A stretch of DNA of 32,000 bases from Sporohalobacter salinus (GTDB lineage Bacteria; Bacillota; Halanaerobiia; Halobacteroidales; Acetohalobiaceae), in assembly GCF_016908635.1 (NCBI RefSeq), contig NZ_JAFBEG010000002.1, positions 83,725 to 115,724 of the forward strand, in the 5' to 3' direction. Positions within the stretch are counted from its first letter, which is position 1. Every line of letters starts with the position of its first letter. Below, piece after piece: positions 8,221 through 18,066 of the stretch. A program made the position numbers and the translations under genes. Under the pieces are notes generated by a model, which was given only the letters and a program-made list of their open reading frames with translations, did no database searches and was not told where the DNA came from.

Positions 8221-9375
8221 ATGCGTATAAATCGATTTTTTATTATTTTAACTATAATTTTAGGTTTGAATTTGATATTTAGTCTGCCGCTGTTAGCTCA
8301 GGAAGAAGCTTCATTTCAAGACCCTCTAGTGCGGATTAAAGATATTACCAGAGTACAAGGGGTTAGAAGTAATAAGTTGACTGGTTATGGTTTGGTAGTT
8401 GGACTGAATGGAACTGGAGATGGTGATTCAGCAGCTACTGTTCGATCAGTGGCCAATATGCTGCAAAATTTTGGTATTAACATTAATCCTGGTCAGGTTG
8501 AATCTGAAAATGTAGCAGCAGTAATAGTTACAGCTGAGCTGCCGCCTTTTGGTAGAGTAGGAGATAAAATTGATGTAAATGTTGCTTCCATGGGTGAGGC
8601 TGATAGCTTGCAGGGAGGAACACTTCTAATGACTCCACTATTGGGTCCGAATCAAGACCAAGTTTATGCTTTAGCTCAAGGACCTATATCTATTGGAGGT
8701 TTTAATACTGGACAAGGAGGAAGTTCAGTACGAAAGAATCATGCTACAGTAGGTATGGTTCCAAACGGTGCTACGATAGAAAAAGGAGTTGAGACTAAGT
8801 TTTCCGACCAACATAAGGTTACTCTTTTATTAGATGATCCTGATTTTGCTACTGCTCAAAGAATCTCTAATGTGATTAATCAGAAGTATGGTTATAATTC
8901 AAAGGGAGAGAATGTTGCTCAAGCTGTAGACCCAGGGCGGATTAAAGTTTCAGTTCCTAAATATTTTAAGGATAGATTGGTAAGTTTTGTAGCGCAAGTA
9001 AATAGATTATCAGTTAGACCAGATAGAGAGGCCAAAGTAATAGTAAATGAACGTACTGGAACAATAGTAATGGGCCATAATGTTAGAATTTCTACTGTGT
9101 CAGTAGCTCATGGTAATTTAACTGTTACTATTTCCTCTGAAGAAGAAGTTTCTCAACCGCCTCCTTTGTCAGAAGGGGAGACTAAAAAGACTAAAGATAC
9201 AGAGGTTAAGGCTAAAGAAGAGAAGGGTAGATTAATAAAACTACCTAAAGGTTCTAGTATTTCAGATGTTGTTAAAGCTTTAAATGGAGTCGGGGCTACA
9301 CCACGTGATACAATAGCTATTTTACAGGCAATTAAGGCTCAAGGAGCTTTACATGCTAAATTAAAGACTATGTAA
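8221..9375 (+). CDS. flgI: Flagellar P-ring protein FlgI
   Basis: VRIKDITRVQGVRSNKLTGYGLVVGLNGTGDGDSAATVRSVANMLQNFGI...GTIVMGHNVRISTVSVAHGNLTVTI...GATPRDTIAILQAIKAQGALHAKL. Confidence 0.97.
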   Translation: MRINRFFIILTIILGLNLIFSLPLLAQEEASFQDPLVRIKDITRVQGVRSNKLTGYGLVVGLNGTGDGDSAATVRSVANMLQNFGININPGQVESENVAAVIVTAELPPFGRVGDKIDVNVASMGEADSLQGGTLLMTPLLGPNQDQVYALAQGPISIGGFNTGQGGSSVRKNHATVGMVPNGATIEKGVETKFSDQHKVTLLLDDPDFATAQRISNVINQKYGYNSKGENVAQAVDPGRIKVSVPKYFKDRLVSFVAQVNRLSVRPDREAKVIVNERTGTIVMGHNVRISTVSVAHGNLTVTISSEEEVSQPPPLSEGETKKTKDTEVKAKEEKGRLIKLPKGSSISDVVKALNGVGATPRDTIAILQAIKAQGALHAKLKTM

Positions 9376-9392
9376 TAAGCAGGTGATTTTAA

Positions 9393-9755
9393 ATGAAGAT
9401 TAATAGCGCACAAAGAATGAAGATGATGGCTGAAACATCTAAGATTCAGCAGCGCCAGCATAAACAGAATAAATTTAAAAATAAATTAGAGAAATTACAA
9501 CAGCAAAATTCAAAAGATGTAGTAAATGAAAATAAAGAATTGAAAAAGGTAACTAAGCAGTTTTCTAGTATATTTGTTGGGCTAATGTTAAAAGAAATGC
9601 GTAAAACTATACCTGACTCAGGTTATTTAGATGGTGGATTAAAGGAAGATATATTCAAAGACATGTTAGACCGGAAATATGCTAAAGAAATTTCTAATTC
9701 TAAACAGTTGAAATTAGCAGAGAAACTTTATCAACAGTTAAGCCAAAAGAGATAG
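9393..9755 (+). CDS. flgJ: FlgJ-type rod-binding domain protein
   Basis: 120 aa with KQFSSIFVGLMLKEMRKTIPDSGYLDGGLKEDIFKDMLDRKYAKEISNS; only the N-terminal rod-chaperone domain, no muramidase domain. Confidence 0.85.
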   Translation: MKINSAQRMKMMAETSKIQQRQHKQNKFKNKLEKLQQQNSKDVVNENKELKKVTKQFSSIFVGLMLKEMRKTIPDSGYLDGGLKEDIFKDMLDRKYAKEISNSKQLKLAEKLYQQLSQKR

Positions 9756-9817
9756 TGAAATTGTATTAATATCTATTTTTAGGTCTTCTGGTGGTTAACA
9801 GAAGGGATGGGATTTAA

Positions 9818-11704
9818 TTGCGTAAGTATAGTATTATGATGTTAGTAATATTATTCTGTGTTTTATTAGTTACACCGGTAATGGCAAGTGATAATGCTGC
9901 TCCACAAGAAATTTTACCGGTTAATAAGATTGAAAAAGGAATGACTGGAATTGGAAAGACTGTTATATCAGGTACAGAAGTAGAAGAATTTAAAGCAAAA
10001 GTTCTAGGAGTTTTAAAGAAACAAGGTGTTAATCGTGATCTAATTTTAATTAAAGTTAGTGGAGATCTAATTGAAAAGACAGGTGGGATTGCTGCTGGTA
10101 TGAGCGGGAGTCCTATTTATATTAATGGGAAATTGATCGGCGCAATCGGTTATGGCTGGCAGTTAACTGAGCATAAAATAGGAATGGTAACGCCAATTAA
10201 AGATATGATGAATATTTGGCAGTTAGACGAAATTAAAGAAGGGACAACAGCTCAATTACCAGAGCCAGTAAAAATAAATGGTAAATCTGTAAAAAAGGTT
10301 TGTTTTAGTGCAGATAAGTTTAGTAGTAATCAATCTAATTCTTTAACTGCTTATCCAGTAAAGACGCCACTATTGGTTAGTGGTTTAGATAAACCAGCTT
10401 TGGATTACTTAAGTAAAGAGTTATCTGATTATGATTTAAAACCAGTTCAGGGTACAACTTCAGCAAAGATATCGAATAAAGAAAATGATAAATTAGTTCC
10501 TGGGAGTGCAATTGCGGTTCAATTGGTGAGAGGAGATATTGATATTTCGGCAATTGGAACCTTAACTTATAGAGAAGGAAATAAGATTTTAGGATTTGGT
10601 CATAGGTTTATGGGATTAGGTGATAGTAATTACTTTCTTTCTTCTGCTTATATTCATCATATGATTAAAAGTATGAAGATGCCTTTTAAGTTAGGAAGTC
10701 CATCAAACTTAAAAGGAATTATAAGCCAGGATCGATCAGCAGGAGTAGGAGGTACAATAGGTAAGTCGCCTAAAATAGTACCGTTAGAAGTGACTGTTAA
10801 AGATAAAGATTTAAATAGAGAGCAAAAAATTAATGCCCAAATAATTAGAAATGAGGAATTACTGCAGTCCTTAACTGGTTCAGTGATTTATCAGGCAATT
10901 AATAGTACTATTGACCGTCGCGGTGGTGGAACGGCTGAAGTGGAAATGGAGATTATGGCTAATAATTTAGAAGAGAATGTTATAAAACGCCAAAATATTT
11001 TCTATAGCCGTAGAGATGTAGGGGCCGTAGCATTAAGAGATTTTTCACAGGCACTAAGACTACTTACTCAGAATCCATTTCAGAAGATTAATTTGATAGA
11101 TGTAAAATTAAATGTAGATATTAAGGAAAGGCCGCAGGTTGCTTTAATTAGAGAAGTAAATGTATTAACAGATAAACTTAGACCAGGAAAAGAGGTAAAA
11201 TTAGAAGTTACCTTTCAGCCTTATCGTAAAGAAACGATAGTTAAAAATTATACCTTTACATTACCTAAAGATATAGAATCGGGGGTAGCTCATATGGAAT
11301 TAGTTGGTGGGCTTGAAGCTAACTTTACTGCTGAACAACAGCAGGTTAGATCTGAAGAAAAAGAATATGGCTATGGTAAGAATGAAACATTTAAGAATTT
11401 AGAAGAAGTCATAACTGCCTTTAAAGAACAGAAGATCAATAGTGATTTGGTGGTTAGGGTCTTTCCTAGTTATAATAGTCCTGAAGCAGTACCGGTTAAT
11501 AAAGACAGTACTGAAAAGAAAACTGAAGATACTAAAGATGAATCTACACCAAAAGCACAGGCCCGAGGGGTTGATTCTGAAGCTACAGGTACTTTAACGG
11601 AAGAGACTTTTAAGACGGATTATATTCTTGAAGGTAGAGTAAATACTGAAATTGATATTAAGCCGAAGGTTAAAGAGAAAAAGAAGGAAAAGACTGAAGA
11701 GTAA
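9818..11704 (+). CDS. Secreted SpoIVB-type peptidase S55 domain protein (628 aa)
   Basis: TTG start, signal peptide (MRKYSIMMLVILFCVLLVTPVMA), GGIAAGMSGSPIYINGKLIGAIGYGW, and GTLTYREGNKILGFGHRFMGLGDSNYFLSSAYI resembling S55 motifs. No PDZ domain seen; long C-terminal region. Confidence 0.8.
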   Translation: MRKYSIMMLVILFCVLLVTPVMASDNAAPQEILPVNKIEKGMTGIGKTVISGTEVEEFKAKVLGVLKKQGVNRDLILIKVSGDLIEKTGGIAAGMSGSPIYINGKLIGAIGYGWQLTEHKIGMVTPIKDMMNIWQLDEIKEGTTAQLPEPVKINGKSVKKVCFSADKFSSNQSNSLTAYPVKTPLLVSGLDKPALDYLSKELSDYDLKPVQGTTSAKISNKENDKLVPGSAIAVQLVRGDIDISAIGTLTYREGNKILGFGHRFMGLGDSNYFLSSAYIHHMIKSMKMPFKLGSPSNLKGIISQDRSAGVGGTIGKSPKIVPLEVTVKDKDLNREQKINAQIIRNEELLQSLTGSVIYQAINSTIDRRGGGTAEVEMEIMANNLEENVIKRQNIFYSRRDVGAVALRDFSQALRLLTQNPFQKINLIDVKLNVDIKERPQVALIREVNVLTDKLRPGKEVKLEVTFQPYRKETIVKNYTFTLPKDIESGVAHMELVGGLEANFTAEQQQVRSEEKEYGYGKNETFKNLEEVITAFKEQKINSDLVVRVFPSYNSPEAVPVNKDSTEKKTEDTKDESTPKAQARGVDSEATGTLTEETFKTDYILEGRVNTEIDIKPKVKEKKKEKTEE

Positions 11705-11717
11705 TTCGTTTATTATT

Positions 11718-11755
11718 AAGCAGTAACCTGTGATAGGTTGCTGCTTTTTTATTTT
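11718..11755 (+). terminator. Intrinsic terminator after the S55 gene
   Basis: Stem AAGCAGTAACCT / AGGTTGCTGCTT with one central mismatch, loop GTGAT, followed by T-rich TTTTATTTT. Confidence 0.85.
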
Positions 11756-11802
11756 AGATCAAATAATTACCACAATTATAAATAAATAACTAAGCCTAGC
11801 TA

Positions 11803-11831
11803 TTGAATATTTTAAAAAAATGTAATATCAT
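11803..11831 (+). promoter_or_regulatory. Candidate sigma-A promoter for the outer-membrane assembly operon
   Basis: TTGAAT (11803-11808), 17-nt spacer, TATCAT (11826-11831), just after a terminator and upstream of the TamB-like gene. Confidence 0.45.
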
Positions 11832-11868
11832 AAGAGTAGTTTGAGAATATGCAGCTGGAGGCTATAGT

Positions 11869-14800
11869 ATGATGCCGGTAGCCCGAAAATTTAAAAGGAT
11901 TATTCCTTTATTGGTAATAGTTTTGTTAGGATCATTCTTTTTTATGTTGATCTTAATAAAATGGAATGGAATTTTAAAAAGAATTAAAAATAGAGTGATT
12001 ACAGAAGTAGAAACAAAATATGGACATAAAGTTAGTTTAGATAGAATTGAGATTAAAGGATTTAATGAATTAAAAGTTTATGATTTTAGTTTAAAGACTA
12101 AAGAAGGTCACCTTTTATTGAGTGATCAAATTCAGTTATCTTATAATTTATGGGGAGTAATTTTCAATAATTCTGATTCAATAGAGAGTATTACAGAAGT
12201 TAAATTGATTAATCCTCGTTTTAACTGGAAGCAGTCTTTTCAAAATCAGGTTGAAGAAACAAATAATTTTCAAGAATTATTTAATTCTGTTCCAATTTTA
12301 AATCGATTTTCTGGTCAAGTAACTATAAAGAATGGAAAGATATTTACTAATAGAATAGATGGAATTAATAGAATTAGAATTAATAAAGGAAATTTAGATC
12401 TAACAAAGAATGATTTGAAGGTTAAGTTAGATTTAAATTTACCTGAATTAGGAACAGAGGACTTAATTATTAACGGGAGTACTAATAAAAATCAATTTAA
12501 GTTAAGTGCAAGATTAGATAACTTAAATTTAAGTGCTTTGTCTGAAGAATGGGATGAACTTATAACTAGAGAGAAATTTCAATTTATAGCTGGAAAATTA
12601 AAAGGAAATATAGATATAGAAGGAAAACTTAATTTTGATACTTTATCTGACCTTAATTATAAAGCTGAATTAAATTTAACAGAGGGGATAGCTAATTCTG
12701 ATTATTTATCCTCAGATATTCAGATTATAGATAGCAATTTTGAGATAAATAGTAAGGGAATAGTTATTAATAAATTGGTAACTGATGTTGGTAATAGTAG
12801 GTCAAAAATTTATTTAAGCGGTTTAATACATGGTTGGCAAAAACCTACATTTCATTTGGGATATAGAAGTTCCCAGTTGGATTTAAACAGCATTAAAGAA
12901 TGGTTGCCTTCAGAGATAGAATTAAAAGGGAGAGCAAGAATAGATGGACGATTGCGGGGGTCATTAGATAATCCTACTATTAAAACTAATGTAAAGTTGC
13001 CTGTTGGAAGTATCAATGGCTATCAGGTAAATAAATTAAACTTTAATTTATGGTATAAGAATAATTTACTTACTTTTAATGATTTTAAAACAGAGTTAGC
13101 TAAGGGGACTTTAACGGGACGCGGGACAATAAATTGGCCTAAAGATGAGGGTGCCTTATATACAGCTTCTTTGGAAGCAAAGGCAATTGATTTAAAACAA
13201 TTACCTATTGCACCTCAATCTCCTAATTTAACAGGTAAATTAAATAGTAATTTAGTAATTAGTGGTCAGAACTCACTTGATGATTTAAGTTTTTTTGGAA
13301 ATGCTAAAATTACTGATGGATCTTTGAAGAAATATGAGTTTGATACTCTAAATAGTAATTTTTGGTTTAGTAATCAGCAGTTATTAATTAGTAATTTAGA
13401 TTTAAAATCTAAAGGAAGTGAATGGCAAGCACGAGGTCTAATTGATGCAGAGCGAAATTTAAATTTGAATATTACTGCTGATAATGTTAAGTTATCTCAG
13501 CTGAATAATCTACATAATTATCAAAATTTAGCTGGGACCGCGACTTTGCAAGGTCAATTAAAAGGAAAGCTTAGTGATCCACATTTTTTAGGTGAAGTTC
13601 AAATAAAAGATGTTGGTTATTCAGGAAAAAGGGTTGATGAGGTAGTAGGAGTTGTGGGTTATAGGCATAAAGTAGTAGATCTAAATGATGTCATTATTAG
13701 TGAGCAAAATCGAAAATATCGATTAACTGGAGAGATAAAATTAGATCAAAAGCCTAAACTTGATTTAAATCTAAAGACTAAAACAGGAGAATTAACAAGT
13801 TTATATAAATTAATTAGTGTTAAACCTTCCTTTGAAGTTGATGGGCAATTTAGTGGTGATTTAGGAATTATAGGTCCGATTGATGATTTGAAGATGATAG
13901 GTGAAATTAATTTATTAAATGGTCAGATTCGAGAAATGGAATTAACTTCCGGTTCTTTAAGTTTTATCTGGCAGAATGATATTTTAAGGTTAAAAAATAT
14001 AAAATTATTTGGTTTGGAATCTCAGCTTATAGGGAGCGGTAGAATTGAGGAAGATGGAAAGTTAGCTCTTGATTTAGAAGTTGAAAATATAGATTTAGCT
14101 AAATTAGATTTTAGTAATTATGATATTTCTGGTAGTAGTGATATTAAGGGGAGGTTAGATTTTTCAGGGGAAATAAAAGGAAGTACTTCCCAACCTGTTT
14201 TAGCAGGTAAAGTTAACTTAAGCAAATTGTTTGTGGATGGATATGAATTTCAGACAGTGGAAGGTAATGTAAAATATATAGAGAACAAGCTAAATTTAGA
14301 TAACTTAAAAGCAGTTCAGGGAGCAACAGAGTATAGTATTAAGGGAAGTTTGAATTTACAGGAAAGAAGGTTTTTAAATTTAAGTCTAGACTTGGTTGAT
14401 GGACGTTTGAATGAAGTGATTAAATTACTGCCACTTAAGGAAGTAAAGCATGATATTCCCCATAGCTTTTTTGGAACTGTAGAGATAAGTGGTAGATTTG
14501 AAGCTCCAAAGGTTAAAGGAAGATTGATAGCAAAAGATATTGATCAAAATGGATATCTTTTAGTGGATGGTAGTTATAACTTTAATTCTGGGGCTAATCT
14601 TAATTTGGAGACTCGAAATTTTGCTTTAGCTCCGTTTAATCAATTAATTCCGGAGTCAGAAACTATAGGAGGAGATTTGAATTTAACTGCTAAACTTGAA
14701 GGTAAATTAGAGAAGTTAAATATGGAATCTAATATAGAGATTAGGGATGGTCAATTTGGAACTTTAGAGTATGATAATTTAAAAGGAGGGTTGGACTTAA

Positions 14801-16257
14801 CTAAAGGAAAACTAGTGGAGCTAAGTGAACCATTGAAATTAAAGGTGAATGATGATAATTTATTTGAAATCAATGGTTACTTACCTCTAAGGAATAACAA
14901 AGCAGCTTTGCACCTTAATATTAATCTTAATGAAGGAAATTTAAATTTATTGTCGCATTCTTTCAAAGGTATAAAAGAGGCTAGAGGAGAATTAAATGCT
15001 GAATTAACGGTTTCAGGCAGTAGGATAAATCCTAACTTTGCTGGGGATATTAAAATTGATTCAGGCAAATTGGATGTAGTAGGATTAAAAGAAGGCATTT
15101 CTAATTTAGAGGGAAAAATGGAGATTAAAGATCAAGAGATAGATCTTAAATATTTAACTGGTCAGCAGGATAAGGGGGGGGTTGAGGCTCAAGGAAGTGT
15201 AGAGATTAATGAATGGCACCTTGGGAAAGCAGACTTTAGCTTGTCAGGAAAACGGATTGCTATTGAGCATGGTTCCTGGAAGGGAAGTAATGACCTTAAT
15301 ATTGAAGTTAAGGGAGACATTAATAATCCTTTAATTAGCGGTAATATTTTGGCTTATGATACTAGAATTTCTCTTCCGTTTGAATGGCCGAAAAGAAAGT
15401 CAAATTCAAAATTACCGATTAAACCTAATTTTGATATTAAGCTTGAGCCTGGTGATAATGTTAAAGTTCAGAATGACAATATAGATATTTTAGTGGAAAA
15501 AGGTGGTTTGCAATTAGTAACTATTGGAGATGATATCAAATTACAAGGAAGAGTAAGTTCTAAAACTGGGAACTTTAATTATTATAATACGGATTTTGAA
15601 CTGGAATCTGGTTCGGCTATTTTTAATAAATATGAAAAGAATATTCCTTATCTTAATTTGACAGCTACTACTAAGGTAACTGGTATTCAACAGTTACCGA
15701 AGGATAGTAATCAAGTTGGGGAAACAGAAAATCAAACTGTTTCTCAAAAAACAATAGATGATCAGTTAGATACAAAAGAAGTAACTATTATACTGAATTT
15801 AAGTGGTTTGGCTGATCAAATGGAGGTTGAATTTGAGTCAGACCCGCCGTTGAGTAGGCAAAAGATTATTAATCTTTTGGTTCAGCAAGGAGGCTTGCGT
15901 GGTTTATTGACTAAGGATTATGATAAGATGATTCAGGCTGAACTCTTTAGAATGCTGGAATCTAAAGTTGATATAGAAATTCTATCTAACATTGAAGAAA
16001 CACTAGAAGATAAATGGGATCTTGATAGATTTAAGATATATACTGGATTAAGTAATGGTTTACAGATCAAAATGGGGAAAAATTTAACTGATGACTTGAT
16101 GCTTAAGTATAATCAGGAATTTAATGATGATGGGGAACATACGCTTGGTTTTGAATATGAATTTATGAATAGTATGAAGGATATAGTTTTAGATGGATCT
16201 ATAAATAATGATGAAGAGTATAAATTAGAGTTAGAGGTTAATTTTCCCTTTAACTAA
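11869..16257 (+). CDS. tamB: TamB/DUF490 (AsmA-like) translocation and assembly or lipid-transport protein
   Basis: 1462 aa with one N-terminal TM, repetitive AsmA/TamB-type beta segments (LKGRARIDGRLRGSLDNPTIKTNVKLP...), C-terminal DUF490 signature (SGSAIFNKYEKNIPYLNLTATT...LADQMEVEFESDPPLSRQKIINLLVQQGG). Confidence 0.92.
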   Translation: MMPVARKFKRIIPLLVIVLLGSFFFMLILIKWNGILKRIKNRVITEVETKYGHKVSLDRIEIKGFNELKVYDFSLKTKEGHLLLSDQIQLSYNLWGVIFNNSDSIESITEVKLINPRFNWKQSFQNQVEETNNFQELFNSVPILNRFSGQVTIKNGKIFTNRIDGINRIRINKGNLDLTKNDLKVKLDLNLPELGTEDLIINGSTNKNQFKLSARLDNLNLSALSEEWDELITREKFQFIAGKLKGNIDIEGKLNFDTLSDLNYKAELNLTEGIANSDYLSSDIQIIDSNFEINSKGIVINKLVTDVGNSRSKIYLSGLIHGWQKPTFHLGYRSSQLDLNSIKEWLPSEIELKGRARIDGRLRGSLDNPTIKTNVKLPVGSINGYQVNKLNFNLWYKNNLLTFNDFKTELAKGTLTGRGTINWPKDEGALYTASLEAKAIDLKQLPIAPQSPNLTGKLNSNLVISGQNSLDDLSFFGNAKITDGSLKKYEFDTLNSNFWFSNQQLLISNLDLKSKGSEWQARGLIDAERNLNLNITADNVKLSQLNNLHNYQNLAGTATLQGQLKGKLSDPHFLGEVQIKDVGYSGKRVDEVVGVVGYRHKVVDLNDVIISEQNRKYRLTGEIKLDQKPKLDLNLKTKTGELTSLYKLISVKPSFEVDGQFSGDLGIIGPIDDLKMIGEINLLNGQIREMELTSGSLSFIWQNDILRLKNIKLFGLESQLIGSGRIEEDGKLALDLEVENIDLAKLDFSNYDISGSSDIKGRLDFSGEIKGSTSQPVLAGKVNLSKLFVDGYEFQTVEGNVKYIENKLNLDNLKAVQGATEYSIKGSLNLQERRFLNLSLDLVDGRLNEVIKLLPLKEVKHDIPHSFFGTVEISGRFEAPKVKGRLIAKDIDQNGYLLVDGSYNFNSGANLNLETRNFALAPFNQLIPESETIGGDLNLTAKLEGKLEKLNMESNIEIRDGQFGTLEYDNLKGGLDLTKGKLVELSEPLKLKVNDDNLFEINGYLPLRNNKAALHLNINLNEGNLNLLSHSFKGIKEARGELNAELTVSGSRINPNFAGDIKIDSGKLDVVGLKEGISNLEGKMEIKDQEIDLKYLTGQQDKGGVEAQGSVEINEWHLGKADFSLSGKRIAIEHGSWKGSNDLNIEVKGDINNPLISGNILAYDTRISLPFEWPKRKSNSKLPIKPNFDIKLEPGDNVKVQNDNIDILVEKGGLQLVTIGDDIKLQGRVSSKTGNFNYYNTDFELESGSAIFNKYEKNIPYLNLTATTKVTGIQQLPKDSNQVGETENQTVSQKTIDDQLDTKEVTIILNLSGLADQMEVEFESDPPLSRQKIINLLVQQGGLRGLLTKDYDKMIQAELFRMLESKVDIEILSNIEETLEDKWDLDRFKIYTGLSNGLQIKMGKNLTDDLMLKYNQEFNDDGEHTLGFEYEFMNSMKDIVLDGSINNDEEYKLELEVNFPFN

Positions 16258-16290
16258 AGTATGGATATTTACTTAAAGGAGGAGTCAATT

Positions 16291-18027
16291 TTGGATAAAA
16301 GATCAAAGTTTTTAGTTTTAGTGCTTACTTTGGCAGTTTTATTAGCCAGTAGTAATTTAGTCTGGGCAGCAAAGAAAGAAATAAATAATAATTTGATTAC
16401 TGCGATTGAAGTTGTGGGGAATAAGAAAATATCTGAAGATGAAATTTTAAAAGCAGTTAAGACTAAAGTAGGAGAAAAGATTTCTAATAAAAAACTGCAA
16501 AAGGATTTACAAGCTATCTTTGAGCTAGGATACTTCTTTGATGTACAAGCTTCATTTGAGAATTATCGCAATGGTATTAAGTTGATTTTTGAAGTAGTAG
16601 AGAATCCAGAATTAAAGAAATTAAAGTTTAAAGGAAATGAATCTATTACTAGTAAGAAATTAAAAGAGAAACTAAATCTTAAACAAGATAAATTATTGAA
16701 TACTAATAAGTTGAATAATGGTTTGCGAAAGATAGAATCTTATTATAAAGAGCAAGGCTATGTTTTGGCTAAAGTAGAAGATGTTTTAATGGAAAAAGAT
16801 GGGACATTGGTAATAACAATTAATGAAGGTAAACTATCAGAAATTAAGATTAAGGGTAATGAAAAGACTAAAGATTTTGTAATTAAACGTAAGTTATCAA
16901 TGGAACCAGGAGATGTCTTTAATGCAGAACAGATGAAAAAGGATCTCCGTGGTATTTATAATTTAGGTTTGTTTAAGGATATCAAGCCTGAACTGAGTCA
17001 GAGTTCTGCAGAGAAAAATGAAGTAAGATTGACTATAAAAGTAACAGAGCGAAAGACAGGTAATGTTGGTATTGGAGCCGGTTACAGCAGTTCTGACGGC
17101 TGGTTAGGGAATTTTAAGATTCAGGAAAAGAACTTTATGGGACGTGCTCAAAAATTAGGATTTCGTTGGGAAGTTGGAGAAGAGAATACCACCTATGAAT
17201 TGAGCTTTTATGAACCTTGGGCTTTTGGAAGTGATACTTCTGTAGGATTCAGTATTTATGACCGTACTGATGAACTAACTAGTGATTTTTCTGATGATTA
17301 TGGCTCTAGTTATGGAGAAACAGATTATGAGGAGCGGGAAAGAGGAGGAAGTATTACTCTAGGACATCCGCTCGGTTACGATATAGAAGGAAATTTAACT
17401 TATGAATATGAGGAGACAAGTAAAGAAGTACTGGATGAAGAAACTAATGTTCTTCCGCCAGCAGAAGAGGAAGGTACTACCAGTAGTTTAACTACTAGTT
17501 TTGTGAGAGATACAAGAAATGATATCTTTAACCCAACAGATGGTCGTAAAGATAAGCTTTCTGTTGAATATGCTGGTCATGCATTAGGAGGAGATAATGA
17601 CTTTATTAAGTATCAACTGGACCTTAGAGATTATACACCTGACTTTATGTTTGAGGATAATAGCTGGGCCTTTCGTCTAAAAACAGGTTTGAGTGAAGGA
17701 TTAGACGAAAAAGGACTTGATCATGAAAAGTACCGAATTGGTGGACCACAAACTTTACGAGGCTTTGAAGATGATGAATTTGTTGGTGAAGAGATGATGT
17801 TATGTAATATTGAATATAGAATTCCATTTGCTGATAACTTTACTGGGGTTTTATTTACTGATGCTGGTAAAGTTTGGGATAAAGATAAAGACTTTGATTT
17901 TGATAATATTAAGAAATCAGCTGGAGTTGGAATCAGATTTAAGACACCGATGGGGCAATTACGCTTAGATTATGGATGGCAAGAAGAAGATTCTAGATTA
18001 CATTTCAGTATAGGTCAGTTATTCTAA
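16291..18027 (+). CDS. bamA: Outer membrane protein assembly factor BamA (Omp85), three POTRA domains
   Basis: Track ORF starts at 16261, but TTG at 16291 follows AAAGGAGGA and yields a clean signal peptide MDKRSKFLVLVLTLAVLLASSNLVWA. Three POTRA-like repeats, barrel with GPQTLRGFEDDEFVG motif, terminal Phe. Confidence 0.95.
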   Translation: MDKRSKFLVLVLTLAVLLASSNLVWAAKKEINNNLITAIEVVGNKKISEDEILKAVKTKVGEKISNKKLQKDLQAIFELGYFFDVQASFENYRNGIKLIFEVVENPELKKLKFKGNESITSKKLKEKLNLKQDKLLNTNKLNNGLRKIESYYKEQGYVLAKVEDVLMEKDGTLVITINEGKLSEIKIKGNEKTKDFVIKRKLSMEPGDVFNAEQMKKDLRGIYNLGLFKDIKPELSQSSAEKNEVRLTIKVTERKTGNVGIGAGYSSSDGWLGNFKIQEKNFMGRAQKLGFRWEVGEENTTYELSFYEPWAFGSDTSVGFSIYDRTDELTSDFSDDYGSSYGETDYEERERGGSITLGHPLGYDIEGNLTYEYEETSKEVLDEETNVLPPAEEEGTTSSLTTSFVRDTRNDIFNPTDGRKDKLSVEYAGHALGGDNDFIKYQLDLRDYTPDFMFEDNSWAFRLKTGLSEGLDEKGLDHEKYRIGGPQTLRGFEDDEFVGEEMMLCNIEYRIPFADNFTGVLFTDAGKVWDKDKDFDFDNIKKSAGVGIRFKTPMGQLRLDYGWQEEDSRLHFSIGQLF

Positions 18028-18066
18028 AACAAAATTCTGATATAATTGAAAGGGGTTAAAAATATA

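Noticed and set aside
9785-9804. Small CTTCTG/CAGAAG hairpin upstream of the S55 gene
   Set aside because: Only 6 bp with no T-tract; expected by chance at this frequency and not clearly covering the ribosome-binding site.
16261-16290. Upstream ATG start of BamA in the ORF track
   Set aside because: No ribosome-binding site before 16261, whereas TTG 16291 follows AAAGGAGGA and gives a clean signal peptide.
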